A stretch of DNA of 64,000 nucleotides from the human T2T-CHM13v2.0 reference genome, Homo sapiens: assembly GCF_009914755.1 (NCBI RefSeq), contig NC_060925.1; one strand, given 5' to 3'. Shown here piece after piece: positions 1-29,776 of this stretch (the first letter of the stretch is position 1; every line of letters begins with the position of its first letter). The notes under the pieces were generated by a model, which was not told where the DNA came from, ran no database searches, and saw only the letters and a program-made list of their open reading frames with translations. The position numbers and the translations under genes were made by a program.

Positions 1-895
<895 letters not shown>

Positions 896-2687
896 AAATG
901 AAGTTTTTACACAGTCAGCCCCTCTCCAAGGGGACTTCGGTTTCCAAAGGCCAAAGGTTCAAAGGGCTCAAAGGTTCTACCCAGGTCCCTGAAGCTTTGT
1001 GAAGAGCCCAGGCTTCCCACAGAAGCCCCTTTCCTCCTCCTTACTTTGCACAGTTGAGGCTGGAGGGACATCTCAGGAATATGATGGGGCAGGTGGACAG
1101 ACACTGAGCAGAATCAGAAGGCTGGGCAAAGATAGATGGGTACCTCCTAGGCTGTATTAATCCAGGCTTCTTGTCCATCTCCTTTAGTCTGTGTGCCCCT
1201 CCATGGCTAGAGCATATTCTCAATATTCTCTGTGCCCCACCCTATCCCAGCTATAGACCTACCTGCACACTTGAAGGTGCAGAGGGCTGTGAGTGTGCAT
1301 GCACAAGGCAGGGAGGCTACAGCTGCCGCCCCTGGAAACTGGAAGCTGCCCTTTCTCCTCCCCTCCAATCACTTGTCACCTCTGGGAGTTGCCTCTCATG
1401 TTGCTGCCACCAGGGACACACAGGGACCACAGAAAAGAAGAAAGCATAGCTGCTGCCCAGACTGTAGTTGGAGGGAGAAAATAAAGCCGCTTGAGCAGAT
1501 CAAAAGACCGCTGTCCCAACATCCCACTGGGAGGTGCCTTATTTGTCTGGATCGGAAACCTGGCAGGTGGAGAGGGCTCTCAGAAGAGATCAGAGGGAGA
1601 GGAGACCAGTGTCCTCCCAGGGTGGACCTGTAATGGGAGGACTCTTCTGGATGAGGGTGGAGAGGGTCACAGGTTCATTCCCACCCTGAGAACTCTGAGC
1701 TGAGGCTGACAGTAGGACCTGAAGGATGAGGAGAAAGGTTGCTATCATCCCAAGGATTTTTTTTTTTTTTAATGCAGAGGGAGAGAAATATCTCACAACT
1801 TCACTTCCCCAACACATTGGTTACCTTTAGGGTGCTCCCTTCACAGAGCCCTCCAGCACAAGTTGACCCCAGGGAGGGAAATGGACAGAAAATGGAGAAG
1901 AAAGGGATACCTGGTTGAAGCCAGAGACAGATTTCTTCACTTTCATCTGAGAAGTAGAGAGTAAAGACTCCTCCTGGGAGGGCTCATTCCAGGTGCAGCC
2001 TCTGGGTTTAGCAGCACCAATCTGAGGGTCAATCCCAGGAACAACTCCCTAAATGCTCCCTGCAGCTTTCCTCCATGAAGAGCTAATTGAATTAACTGTT
2101 CCCAGCAGTAAGTGCATTGGCAAAGGTTCCGACTCCATGTCTAAGAAAGATTCTTGGCTGGGCACAGTGGCTCATGACTGAAATCCCAGCACTTTGGGAG
2201 GCTGAGGCAGGTGGTCAATTGAAATTCTCTTCCTTTGGTTGACCCTATGGAGTCCAAACCTGAAGGATCACCTCTGAGAACCAATTCTGATGTGGTTTGC
2301 CTTCACCTCAGAAAACAGCTGTGCCCCTTGCAGCTGGATGGAGCTGGCCATATGGCTCTTCCTGCGTGCCCAGAGGCTGCTGCTGAGCTTCTTCACCTCT
2401 GGCTTCTGCCCTCACTGTCTCACCTCCGCTTTAGTTTTCAAGGTTTGATCTAGCTGTGCCTGGCACATGGAAGGCACTAAAAAAACCCTGAATGAATGAA
2501 GGTAACAAATGAACAAGCCTTTGCTGTGACAGGTAAGCCCGAGGTTCCCTCCAAGGTTGTTCTGGCACAGAGTTCGCACACTGACTGCAGTTACTGGGCA
2601 AGGGGATGGCAGGACTCCTTAGGACCTGGTCCCACTTCCTCTCCACACTGTAGAGGGAGAACCTATTAACCCTGGAGTCCCAGGTAG

Positions 2688-3735
<1,048 letters not shown>

Positions 3736-3881
3736 TGAGTTGGAATTTTTAAAAGTAGATACATTAGCCAGCCTGCCTCTGCATGGGACGAGTGCGGCAC
3801 TGGTTCTTGGCAGGTTTTTAGAAAAATAAGATATAAATGTGTAATATAAAGAAAAAGATTAACATTTTTTTAAAAAGTAGA

Positions 3882-3887
3882 TTTATT
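3882..3887 (-). terminator. SF3A3: SF3A3 distal polyA signal AATAAA
   Basis: TTTATT on + strand followed on the transcript strand by U-rich sequence. Confidence 0.7.
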
Positions 3888-4277
3888 AAAAAACAGTTGA
3901 AGGTCTGAGTGTTGAGAGGCAAATGGGGTCTCTGGGGGATCCTGTCCTGCAGCAGGCCTGACTTTCAGATGACTGTGCTTATAAGGCAGATCAGTGCCTT
4001 CCTGGTTGCCTTAGTTCTTTCCATTTCAGACACCACATTTGGATCCTGGGGCAGCTGCTCAACTCTACCCAACTCTACCATGGCTACCTGGGATTGGAGA
4101 ACATGTGAGTATTAGCTACTTTTACAGTCAAATAGGGATCTTGTAGAAGAAACAGGTAGACAGACCCACCAGTCTCTCATTCTGACCTAGCAAGCTGGTG
4201 AAGTCACTGTCGGTCCTAGTTCCCTTGTTTGTTGGGCTGCAGGCCCATTCCAACACAGCCCAACTCCCCCCCCCCGC

Positions 4278-4520
4278 TTTTTTTTTTTTTTGAGATGGGG
4301 CCTCACTATATCGCCCAGGCTGGTCTCAAACTCCTAGGTTCAAAGGATCTTCTAGCCTCAGTCTCCTGAGTAGCTGGGACTACAGTGCGTGCCACCATGC
4401 CTTTTTTTTTTTTTTTAATGAGACAGGGTCTCACTATGTTACCTAGGCTAGTCTCAAGCAACCCTCCTGCCTCAGCCTCCCAAGTAGCTGGGACTACAGG
4501 CACAAGCCACTGCACCCAGC
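4278..4520 (-). mobile_element. Two tandem Alu monomers (FLAM/FRAM-like) in the long SF3A3 3' UTR
   Basis: Two ~120-nt monomers, each with a poly-T head; sense to the SF3A3 transcript. Confidence 0.8.
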
Positions 4521-4863
4521 TCCAACTCCTTTCTTTATGCAAATACAAAAGGCAAACCTTGGTGCGACACTTAGTCCTTAGTAGCAACCCTGGCTCATCC
4601 TCCTAGTCTTTCCCTAGTATTTGCATCAATGGCTAACTAAGCTGATGGCAGACCTCATCCTGGGGTAATACTCATTCAGGGAAGCAGCAACAAAGGAGGG
4701 TGGGGAAAGAGGTCAGGTCAGATTTACCTAACATGATATGTAGCATAATAGGTGCCCATTAAATCTCAGCTACTAGTAAAGTTGGTGAGGAAGAGGTATG
4801 GAGGCATTAAGACCTGAAGCACTGAGTTGGTCCATAACCCTGGGCTTTAGAACAAGGTCTGGT

Positions 4864-4869
4864 TTTATT
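4864..4869 (-). terminator. SF3A3: SF3A3 proximal polyA signal AATAAA
   Basis: TTTATT on + strand about 210 nt past the stop. Confidence 0.6.
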
Positions 4870-5075
4870 TTCTGGCAGAATCTTTTAAAATATAAAACAG
4901 ATAAAACACATCTCAACCCTGCAATCTGCCAGCATGCCTTGTTTCTACAAGATGCATGCTAGACCATGAGACTACATAGCAAAGGGTCTTTAAGAGGATT
5001 TGGTTGGGAGAAATAGAAAAAGCAGATCTTAGGGAAGCCTGGGCTAGCCCAAAAGCTGAGCTACATCCCTCAACA

Positions 5076-5153
5076 CTAGAGCAGTCCTTGTCTTTTCAGA
5101 TCCTCGTATGTCTTCTTATTCACAACATTCCCACTTGAGTCTTCATATTCTTC
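5076..5153 (-). CDS. SF3A3: SF3A3 exon 17 coding part: EEYEDSSGNVVNKKTYEDLKRQGLL*
   Basis: TTTCAG acceptor; TAG stop at 5078-5076; all 17 exons sum to 501 codons plus stop. Confidence 0.97.
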   Translation of the reverse strand, partial: EEYEDSSGNVVNKKTYEDLKRQGLL

Positions 5154-5285
5154 CTGAAAAGGAAGGGGTACACTTTGTTAGACAGCTCTCCTAAAAGAAA
5201 TGTTTGGAACCAATCTCTAAGTACCTGAGCTCATCCTGGCCTGATTCCATGGCATACTCTGGTACACTAAGATTGGCATTCATCT

Positions 5286-5685
5286 AAGCCTTTCTCAACT
5301 GGGGTTCCACAAGAGAATTAAGTCCCACTGCCCCAAAGCAGCCACCGTGTGCAATGAATTAACTTCTCTCGTAGACATCTAGAATGATATCAGTCATGAC
5401 CCATCATTAGAGTATCTGAGAAAATAGTTTATTTAGCTCTCTATGTTTAAGATGGGGAACCCTGGTTGAGAAAGGCTGACCTACAACAGCAGTTTTCAAA
5501 TGGTTCCCAAGAATCCCAGGATTCTGCTCAGAGGCCATTGCAGGGGTTGAAAGGGAAGCCAGGAAGTCTGAGCTTCCCCATGTCCAGGGCAATTCTGCTT
5601 GATTCTATTTTATATATCAGAGTACTATATTACAAGTGGAAAAGAGTTTTGCTGCCAAAAAGAAAAAAAATACTGAAAACCACTG
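5286..5685. mobile_element. Two adjacent hAT-type MITEs (5286-5478 and ~5487-5685)
   Basis: TIRs AAGCCTTTCTCAACTGGGGTTCC / GGAACCCTGGTTGAGAAAGGCTG (20/23), and CAGTTTTCAAA / TGAAAACCACTG. Confidence 0.7.
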
Positions 5686-5932
5686 ACTCAAAAAAAGGGA
5701 GGCTATTGTCAGTTACTATGGGACTTGGAGTGAGTCAGTACCATTCCTTACATACATGTCATTCTTGATCTCTGAAACCTGCTGCTTGGGATGACCATCA
5801 TAAGACCAACAAGGACATCTCCCTGTCGCTATGAGAGTATCATCTCTCATTAGATGCTTTCCTCAAAGGAGATCTAATACATGATACAGAGTCTCGGCAT
5901 TTTAGTCTATAAATCTCCATGGCAGAACATGA

Positions 5933-6873
<941 letters not shown>

Positions 6874-7007
6874 TCAATTTGTAGATATTGTCACATTCTA
6901 CTCGCTGCTGCAGTACACCAGGGACCATCTTTCACCTCCCTTCTACATGGTGAGGGAGCTCTCTATCACTTGACACTATCCCTAACACCATCCACATTAG
7001 TACCCAC

Positions 7008-7063
7008 CTCAGTGTCAGGCTGCCATCGTTCTGAAGCCTTCTGCAATTTCAGTTTGGCCCACA
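7008..7063 (-). CDS. SF3A3: SF3A3 exon 16: WAKLKLQKASERWQPDTE
   Basis: CTGCAG acceptor, GTGGGT donor; 56 nt. Confidence 0.95.
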
Positions 7064-7488
7064 CTGCAGGATGAGAAATGAACAGCAATCAGGATGGACT
7101 GAACATCTGTCGGGTATCCAGTGTTATAATCCTCTCTCCCTGCCATTAGGATGCTCCCTAGAAGACTCTGCCTTTGAGATTCTTGCCTACCCCAAACCAG
7201 AGTTTTGGTTCTGGACCACCTATAGACAAAACCCTTTCCACTGCAAAATTCATCATGATCTTGCTTTGCTATAAAAGTTGGATCAAATATAACCAAAGAC
7301 CTCCGAAAACAGAGAAACTGATACTCTCGAAGGAGGTTAATGTGGAACAACCTATGAGAATAATGGGGAAAGTGACTTTACTTTCTTAAAGCTCATAATA
7401 TAAAAATTCTAATAGTTCAATAACAATCTCTATGAAGGAGAAAAGGTAAAGACATCCAAAAAAATCATTGTAGCTTCAGAAGGAGTGA

Positions 7489-15127
<7,639 letters not shown>

Positions 15128-15243
15128 TTACATATCCACAACCTACTGCCTTTAACCCTGGATACACAGGGTATTAGGATGCTGAATTGAAGGAGTAGAG
15201 CCATTTGTACTCGCCTAGGAGACAGTAAATAAATCTTACTTAC

Positions 15244-15334
15244 AGGAGACAGCATCTTCAATCTGTGTCACATTAGCAAAGTGAGCAGTGTTTGGGATGC
15301 CCAAACACCTCATGCCATGAGCATGACGCCATTC
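15244..15334 (-). CDS. SF3A3: SF3A3 exon 15: [30 protein letters not shown](L)
   Basis: CCCAG acceptor, GTAAGT donor; 91 nt. Confidence 0.96.
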
Positions 15335-15819
15335 CTGGGAGAAGAGAGAAGCAAAAGGATCATGTGAAATGGGAATAGCTGAACACAGAGCACTAACTCC
15401 ATTCTACTCATAAATCCTAACATGGCCCTTTGCAAGACTCCACCTAAAGGTAGCATTCCTTTTGTGATTCATGTTTGTAAACAGCTGGCTGTGACTGACA
15501 AAAGGGTGGTATTTCAAAGCAGCACTGCATTGTTTGCCTCACTGGGTTGGCTTGTAAACCTAGATTCTAGACCCAGTAGTCTTATACATAAAACCTCTGG
15601 GTCAAGATCACAGAAAAACATCACAACTCTCACTACATCTCCCATATTGCAGGAGAACTTACCAAAGCCCCAGCAACTCCAAACACCTGCATGAATAGGG
15701 GTTACTAATGGCAGGTCAGCATCATCTTTGTAGGTAAAGGAGAAGACTTTTATTAGGCACAATGATGTGGTGAGGAGAGAGCAGGGAGATTATACACTGA
15801 CATGATGGCAGTTTTAACT

Positions 15820-15993
15820 AAGGGATGGTAAATAGCATGGGCTTTATCCTGGATGCCAACTCCAATCATTGTAGGAGGTGCTGAGAAGGATTCAGAACTC
15901 ACTCATGGGCTCAGCAAAAAAGACCCATTATCAATTAGTAATATGTATGACTCAGAGAGGGGGAGAGGAGTTCATATAAATTTGTCATCCTTG
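15820..15993. mobile_element. Old hAT-type MITE
   Basis: Imperfect TIRs AAGGGATGGTAAAT / ATTTGTCATCCTTG. Confidence 0.5.
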
Positions 15994-16553
15994 GTCTAGC
16001 ATAAATGTTTTCCTTTCTGTAAAATTTCCTTCCAAAATCTAAGAACTCTAAGTAGAGCCCACTTAGAGGTGAGCCCACTTACAGCAGTATCATCCGGACA
16101 ATACCCTGTCTCAAGAATGGCTTGATAAATATCAGCCCCTTCATTTTTTATTTTCTCAAGAGGCAAAGATCCATTTAAGATCTGAAAGAGATCAGTCAGC
16201 CCTATTTTTTATCTTGAGTATTAGCAATGGGGTAGAGAAATAACCAAGAAGTCAGAAATTGGTCTAAAATGCTAGCAGAAAGACAAAAACAGAGAAGTTT
16301 AAGAGCAGGCAAGAGAAAACCAAATAAGGTTCAAAGAGTGGTGCGGTAGAATTCCTCCAGAAACTATCTCAGGTATTTAAGACTAACATTGGTGCCAAAA
16401 GTCAAATGCCATGGGCTTGATTTTAAAACCATCCTTCTCTGATTCCTTTCAGCTCTGGACACCAGTGGTCCACATAGGCTGCTCCTACTCTTTTCTCTAA
16501 AAGTCTCATGTTTTTACTTCAATTCCCAGGAAAAATGGCTCTGAATTCCTTAC

Positions 16554-16664
16554 AGCAAAGTGTCGCTGGAAGGCTTTGGGCCCTCGGTAGGTGTAGTTTC
16601 CACAAATCTCACAGTTGTAGTTGATATTTAGGCCATGAAGCTTATACAGCCAGTAGGGAATAGG
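16554..16664 (-). CDS. SF3A3: SF3A3 exon 14: [37 protein letters not shown] (matrin/U1C-type zinc finger start)
   Basis: TTTTAG acceptor, GTAAGG donor; 111 nt; CEIC...H motif. Confidence 0.97.
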
Positions 16665-16770
16665 CTAAAAAAGAAAAAAACAAAACAAAACCAAGAAGTG
16701 TTAGCCTACTAAACTCTGTATCTGTTTCCAAAATGGGGAATGGGGAGAAAGTGGTAGTGCTGAGACTTAC

Positions 16771-16935
16771 TTTGCCATCCCAGCCAAGTGGCAGGTTTTT
16801 GGGGTTGTAAATGATCTCGTTCTCTTCATCTTCACTCTCACTCTCACTGATCTGCTCTTCTTCCTCTTCTTCTCGCTCTTCTCCTGTCCTGGCTTGCTTG
16901 CGCTGTACATTTTCATGAGTGAGATGTCGCTGTTC
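16771..16935 (-). CDS. SF3A3: SF3A3 exon 13: EQRHLTHENVQRKQARTGEEREEEEEEQISESESEDEENEIIYNPKNLPLGWDGK
   Basis: TTTAG acceptor, GTAAGT donor; 165 nt; acidic tract and conserved LPLGWDGK. Confidence 0.97.
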
Positions 16936-17222
16936 CTAAAGCAGGTCCATAAATGAAAAGTCAGAAAAAAGTAGTGCAGAATAAGAAGGGAAATTTCCTG
17001 TTTTCCTGTAACTTTTGCTGACCCCTTACTTCCAAGGATAAGGTTCTTTCTTACAGAATAAAGGAAAATCTTGCCTTCATATCAGAACTCCTTATCAGCA
17101 GGCTCTACCTGATCCCAAAGAAAAGAGTCAAAGGTTTTACATCACTTGCCTAATTACTCATCTGAGGCTATTATAGAACAACAGAAAACAGTCTCATCTA
17201 TTCTGACTCTAAAATATTTCCT

Positions 17223-17521
17223 GGCTGGGTGTGGTGGCTCACGCCTGTAATCCCATCACTTTTGGAGGCTGGGGTGGGAGAATCACTTGAGGCCAGGAGT
17301 TTGACATCAGCCTGGGCAACACAATGGGATCTCATCTCTACAAAACATTTACAAATTGGCTAGGCATGGAGGTGTGCACCTGTGATCCCAGCTCTTTAGG
17401 AGGCTGAGTTAGGAGGACTGCTTGAGCCCAGGAGTTTGAGGATGCAGTGAGCTCTGATCCCGCCACTGCACTCCAGCCTGGGCGACAGAGTGAGACTCCT
17501 TCTCAAAAAAAAAAAAAAAAA
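17223..17521 (+). mobile_element. AluJ-type element whose tail hosts the L1
   Basis: AluJ features (GCTTGAGCCCAGGAG, high divergence). Confidence 0.85.
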
Positions 17522-23376
<5,855 letters not shown>

Positions 23377-24069
23377 TCAGAAAGGCTGGTCTTCTGAAGG
23401 ACTCCAGAGACACTGATCATCTTTTCTGGATGAGTGCTGCCCTTTCTTCCACTTTTTCTTCCTGGAAAGAGACTTCTTTTCCTCCTACTCCTCTCCCTGC
23501 TTTCTCTCTGAGACAAGCATACTGGTCAGGCTAGGCCTTTCTCTACCCCAACCCACACTTCAGCTCCTCCTGAAATATTCAAGAACATTCACTGCCAGCT
23601 TTGTACTAATAATATTCTAGCCCTACTAAGTTTCTCATAATCTTATGAACATGTAAGTTGACTTACATGAGATGACTTATGAAAATGCCTTTTCATAAGT
23701 CATAACTGAAAGGCCACTTTGAGTAGCCTTTCTGTTACTTGCCCTTTGAGTGTCTGCTTTGTGGGCTACTCCTGAGTATTTTCTAAAGCTCAGGCACAGA
23801 ATCTGCACTATTCTGGACATTATATTGTGAGGGGACTCTATTCTCCATGACTGGCTTTATGGGAATTGGGCAACTTTGGGAGTATCATCTAACAACAGAA
23901 TAGGAACTTACTGAAGAGCCTTGTACCCTGACCTCTATTTTGTGCCATACTAGTTTATCAGCTATCCACTCCTCTTTTGAACCTAATGAAAAAGTATCTT
24001 CTGTGAGTTCCTCTCCCTTTAACTCCTGTGCTTTATACCATTTTCCACTTTCAGCAGTCAATCACTTAC

Positions 24070-24139
24070 CCCGAGAATCTCTACATATTCATAGATCTGG
24101 GCTTCTAGAAAAGCAATGTCTTTGTTCCTTTCAGTGTCT
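24070..24139 (-). CDS. SF3A3: SF3A3 exon 12: DTERNKDIAFLEAQIYEYVEILG
   Basis: TCTCAG acceptor, GTAAGT donor; 70 nt. Confidence 0.96.
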
Positions 24140-24409
24140 CTGAGAAAAAGAAACAAGCTGTTTCACTCAAGGATTCTCTCATCCATTGTTTTGTTCCCTA
24201 TATCTGGGAACATTTATTGCACAACTGCATTAAAAATTATAAGCACATGAGAAATACGATGCTATGAAAGCAAATGCTCTGTTCATCTCAGGACTCTCTG
24301 ACAAATACTGAGGGTATTTCTCAGAATGCATGGAGGCTTCCTCTATGACCTCACTTAGAAGATGAAGGACACATCAAGACCGCTTACATTTCCATCATTA
24401 TAATCTACA

Positions 24410-25629
<1,220 letters not shown>

Positions 25630-25905
25630 TTAGCCTTTTAGCCTCCATAACCTATTAAAGGTGCCATGAATATGGTTTCAAATTTAGAAACTTGATGTGC
25701 TCTCAATCAGATGAATACAGACAGTCCTTGGTTTATATTAACAGTGATAGTACTCTCTGCTATTAGCAGAGATAAAGAGCAGACTGGATCTCTGTCAACC
25801 AATAACGGAGATAAAGCAGGCTTTAAAGTCTCCACTGTGGTTAAAAGTTCTGCATGGGAATAACATTTAAAAGCCACAAGCAGCAGTGCTACCCCAGCCA
25901 CTCAC

Positions 25906-26013
25906 CGCTTGGTGCCCTTTGACTTGGGATTTTTGGCAAACAAAGAGGTATCAAGTGACTCCAGGGACTTTCCTTTGGTACTGAATAGTCTCTGGGCTCG
26001 CTCTTCTAGGGTC
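25906..26013 (-). CDS. SF3A3: SF3A3 exon 11: TLEERAQRLFSTKGKSLESLDTSLFAKNPKSKGTK(R)
   Basis: CCTTAG acceptor, GTGAGT donor; 108 nt. Confidence 0.96.
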
Positions 26014-26173
26014 CTAAGGAGACAGGACGGCAAAGGATTTTAGGGTTACTTTACCACACAGGCTGGCTTATTTTTGCAGTGTGGAGCAACAAAAAAAATG
26101 GAATCAGAGCTACTTAGAAGACTGTGCAAACACACAGTAAATCGATAGTTTTGATAGAAAAACTATTCCTTAC

Positions 26174-26241
26174 CCGCCACATTTCAAGCCTAAAGCTAAG
26201 AGAGCAGATTTCAATCTGTCCAAACCCAGAGAAGCCAACTC
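26174..26241 (-). CDS. SF3A3: SF3A3 exon 10: ELASLGLDRLKSALLALGLKCG(G) (SAP-like motif)
   Basis: TATAG acceptor, GTAAGG donor; 68 nt. Confidence 0.96.
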
Positions 26242-26650
26242 CTATACAAAGAAGAGAAAAATCACAATATTACATTAACAGATTTTTGGGAAACCCCAAA
26301 TGCAGGCCAGAGGGTGGGTGTTCCTGAGGCTGTGGCAGGACCACACATTTCACAGCCAATCTAGCAGTAAGTCTAAACTCTCCAGAGGACTGAATCTATA
26401 GTTATCTTCAGACTTAACCATACTGATAGTGTTCCATTTACTTTACTACGGCTTAATGTAGTTAGAATAATTATTTCAGTTTCCCAAGTAGTAATTTTTT
26501 TCTTTTTGCCTTGCTACTTTCTTTGTAGATGCTTGATCTCAAGAAATAGTGCCTTATCACAACACAACCATGGTATTAAAGACAGGAGAGCAGTCTTTAA
26601 AGACAGAAAAATAGACAGAGAGAACACTACTACTGCTGAAGGAAACATAC

Positions 26651-26719
26651 CTCCCAGGAGGAGAATGCAGAGAGGTCAAGATGGGCTCCAGCATGGGTCA
26701 GGGCACTGCTTGTCTCTTT
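26651..26719 (-). CDS. SF3A3: SF3A3 exon 9: KETSSALTHAGAHLDLSAFSSWE
   Basis: TTCCAG acceptor, GTATGT donor; 69 nt. Confidence 0.96.
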
Positions 26720-26877
26720 CTGGAAAGAACAATATGGTATTTATTAAGATCCAGGTTTAGGCCAGGTGTGGTGGCTCACACCTGTAATCTCAGCATTTTG
26801 GGAGGCCAAGATAGGTGAATTGCTTGAGTTCAGGAGTTAGAGACCAGGCAGGGAAACATGGTGAAATCTTGTCTCTA

Positions 26878-27018
<141 letters not shown>

Positions 27019-27047
27019 CTAGAAGCCAGATGGAGACTTTGTCTCCC

Positions 27048-27079
<32 letters not shown>

Positions 27080-27247
27080 ACAAAAAAACCCCACCAGGTT
27101 TAGGATGAAGCTAAGGTTTGTCCACATTCTCTCCCTGGAGAGTTCAGGAAAAACTCATGTTTATCCCAAGAAGTGAGAATGTAGATTCCTAACATATGAT
27201 CTGATAAGCTCTTGGTTGGCAGGAACCACATAGCAGTAATGATGTGA

Positions 27248-27722
<475 letters not shown>

Positions 27723-27772
27723 TTACTTCAATTCCCTGGCATGTCCACCATTCACATCCCACTGAAGCTCAC

Positions 27773-27911
27773 CGGCCATCCAGGAAAGGTCCCATTCTCC
27801 CATTTCTTCTCAAACTCAGCCTGAATCTTCCCAAAAAGTTCATTCTGATCTTGGAGAGGCTTCACTCTATCTGTGTAATCCTGAAGGTACTCAAGCAGCA
27901 TCTCTAGGTAT
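27773..27911 (-). CDS. SF3A3: SF3A3 exon 8: YLEMLLEYLQDYTDRVKPLQDQNELFGKIQAEFEKKWENGTFPGWP
   Basis: CTGTAG acceptor, GTGAGC donor; 139 nt; visible in ORF 27752..27943. Confidence 0.96.
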
Positions 27912-28023
27912 CTACAGAGGAACACACAATGCAGACAAAGCAAAAAGGGTTTCTATTTTTGGTATCTTGTTATTCCCTGCAGAATATAAAGTACTTATAA
28001 TTCTAGTAATGCTATCTTTTTAA

Positions 28024-28350
<327 letters not shown>

Positions 28351-28914
28351 TGAACTTACAATGGACTTTTTTCCCAACATGTCATTTTGATTCTGACCTT
28401 TCCCGCCTCCTTTTATTCTCATAAAATGATGCTAAATACTAAGGTCTTAATTACTTTGCACATAAAAGATTTCAGTAAAAAGAAAATGAGAAAAAGAGGG
28501 GAAGGGTATAAAATCACTAATCAGGGGAGTAATTAACAAAAACATAAATTTTTCACTTATACATCACACCTAAGCATCTCACTTCAGTCACTATCTGAGA
28601 AAGTCTAATTTTTTTTCCCATTAAACTCCAAAAACACAGAAATCCCAGAGTGGGAGAGTTCCTTCTATAATGAGACAAAATTAAGAACACTATGGGCATA
28701 AGATGGAAGATGTGCCCACAGACACACCTTTGTCCACGTCCAGACTAGCGCAAAGGTTTTAAAACCACATCATTCATAATCCCATCCTCCAATAAACCTG
28801 GAAGTATGCCTTCATGTATGCCTTCCAGGCAACAAATTCAGAACTTCACCCTCAAAAACTTCACATTATCTTCTAATCAAATCCAGGAGAGGCCTAGAAA
28901 CTATTAATGCCTAC

Positions 28915-28997
28915 CTCTTATACTCTGCATTCTTCCTTTCTTTAGGAATGTCAAATAATTGGTCAAAGATGGACAGGTATGTGATATAATCCAGCTT
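28915..28997 (-). CDS. SF3A3: SF3A3 exon 7: KLDYITYLSIFDQLFDIPKERKNAEYK(R)
   Basis: CTAAC branch point, pyrimidine tract and TTTCAG acceptor; GTAGGC donor; 83 nt. Confidence 0.96.
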
Positions 28998-29421
28998 CTG
29001 AAAAGAGGAAAGAAATGACAAGAAATTCAGTTAGGTATTTATACTGTAACAAGTTACAATATAATCTCCAATAAGTGAGATCAAAATTGAGTGTTTTCTA
29101 AAGAAGTAACAAGGGCTGGCTAATTTTGTTTTTTTTTGCTTGCCTATCATTCAATCCTACTACAACTGGAGTGTTAATTTCACTGGACTGAAGGAAAATA
29201 TCAGACATAATAACTTTACAAAATAAAGATCAAGTTAACGAACATTAAACTAAAAGAAACGTTTGTCGATTATTACCTCATGCTAGGGTCTTGGTTAAAG
29301 ACTCTGACACCCTAAAACAAGGTGCTCAAAGGTGCCATTTGTTCACGCAAGTAACTACTTATTAAGCATCTTTGTACCAAGTACGGGGTACAGAAAACAA
29401 CAAAACAGACAAGGGATCTGA

Positions 29422-29776
<355 letters not shown>

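Noticed and set aside
7089-7256. Possible C/D snoRNA in intron 15 (AUGAUGA at 7256-7250, CUGA at 7092-7089, AGCAA/UUGCU flanks)
   Set aside because: The D-like box is only ~25 nt from the 3' splice site and probably is the branch point. The length (~170 nt) and k-turn spacing are non-canonical.
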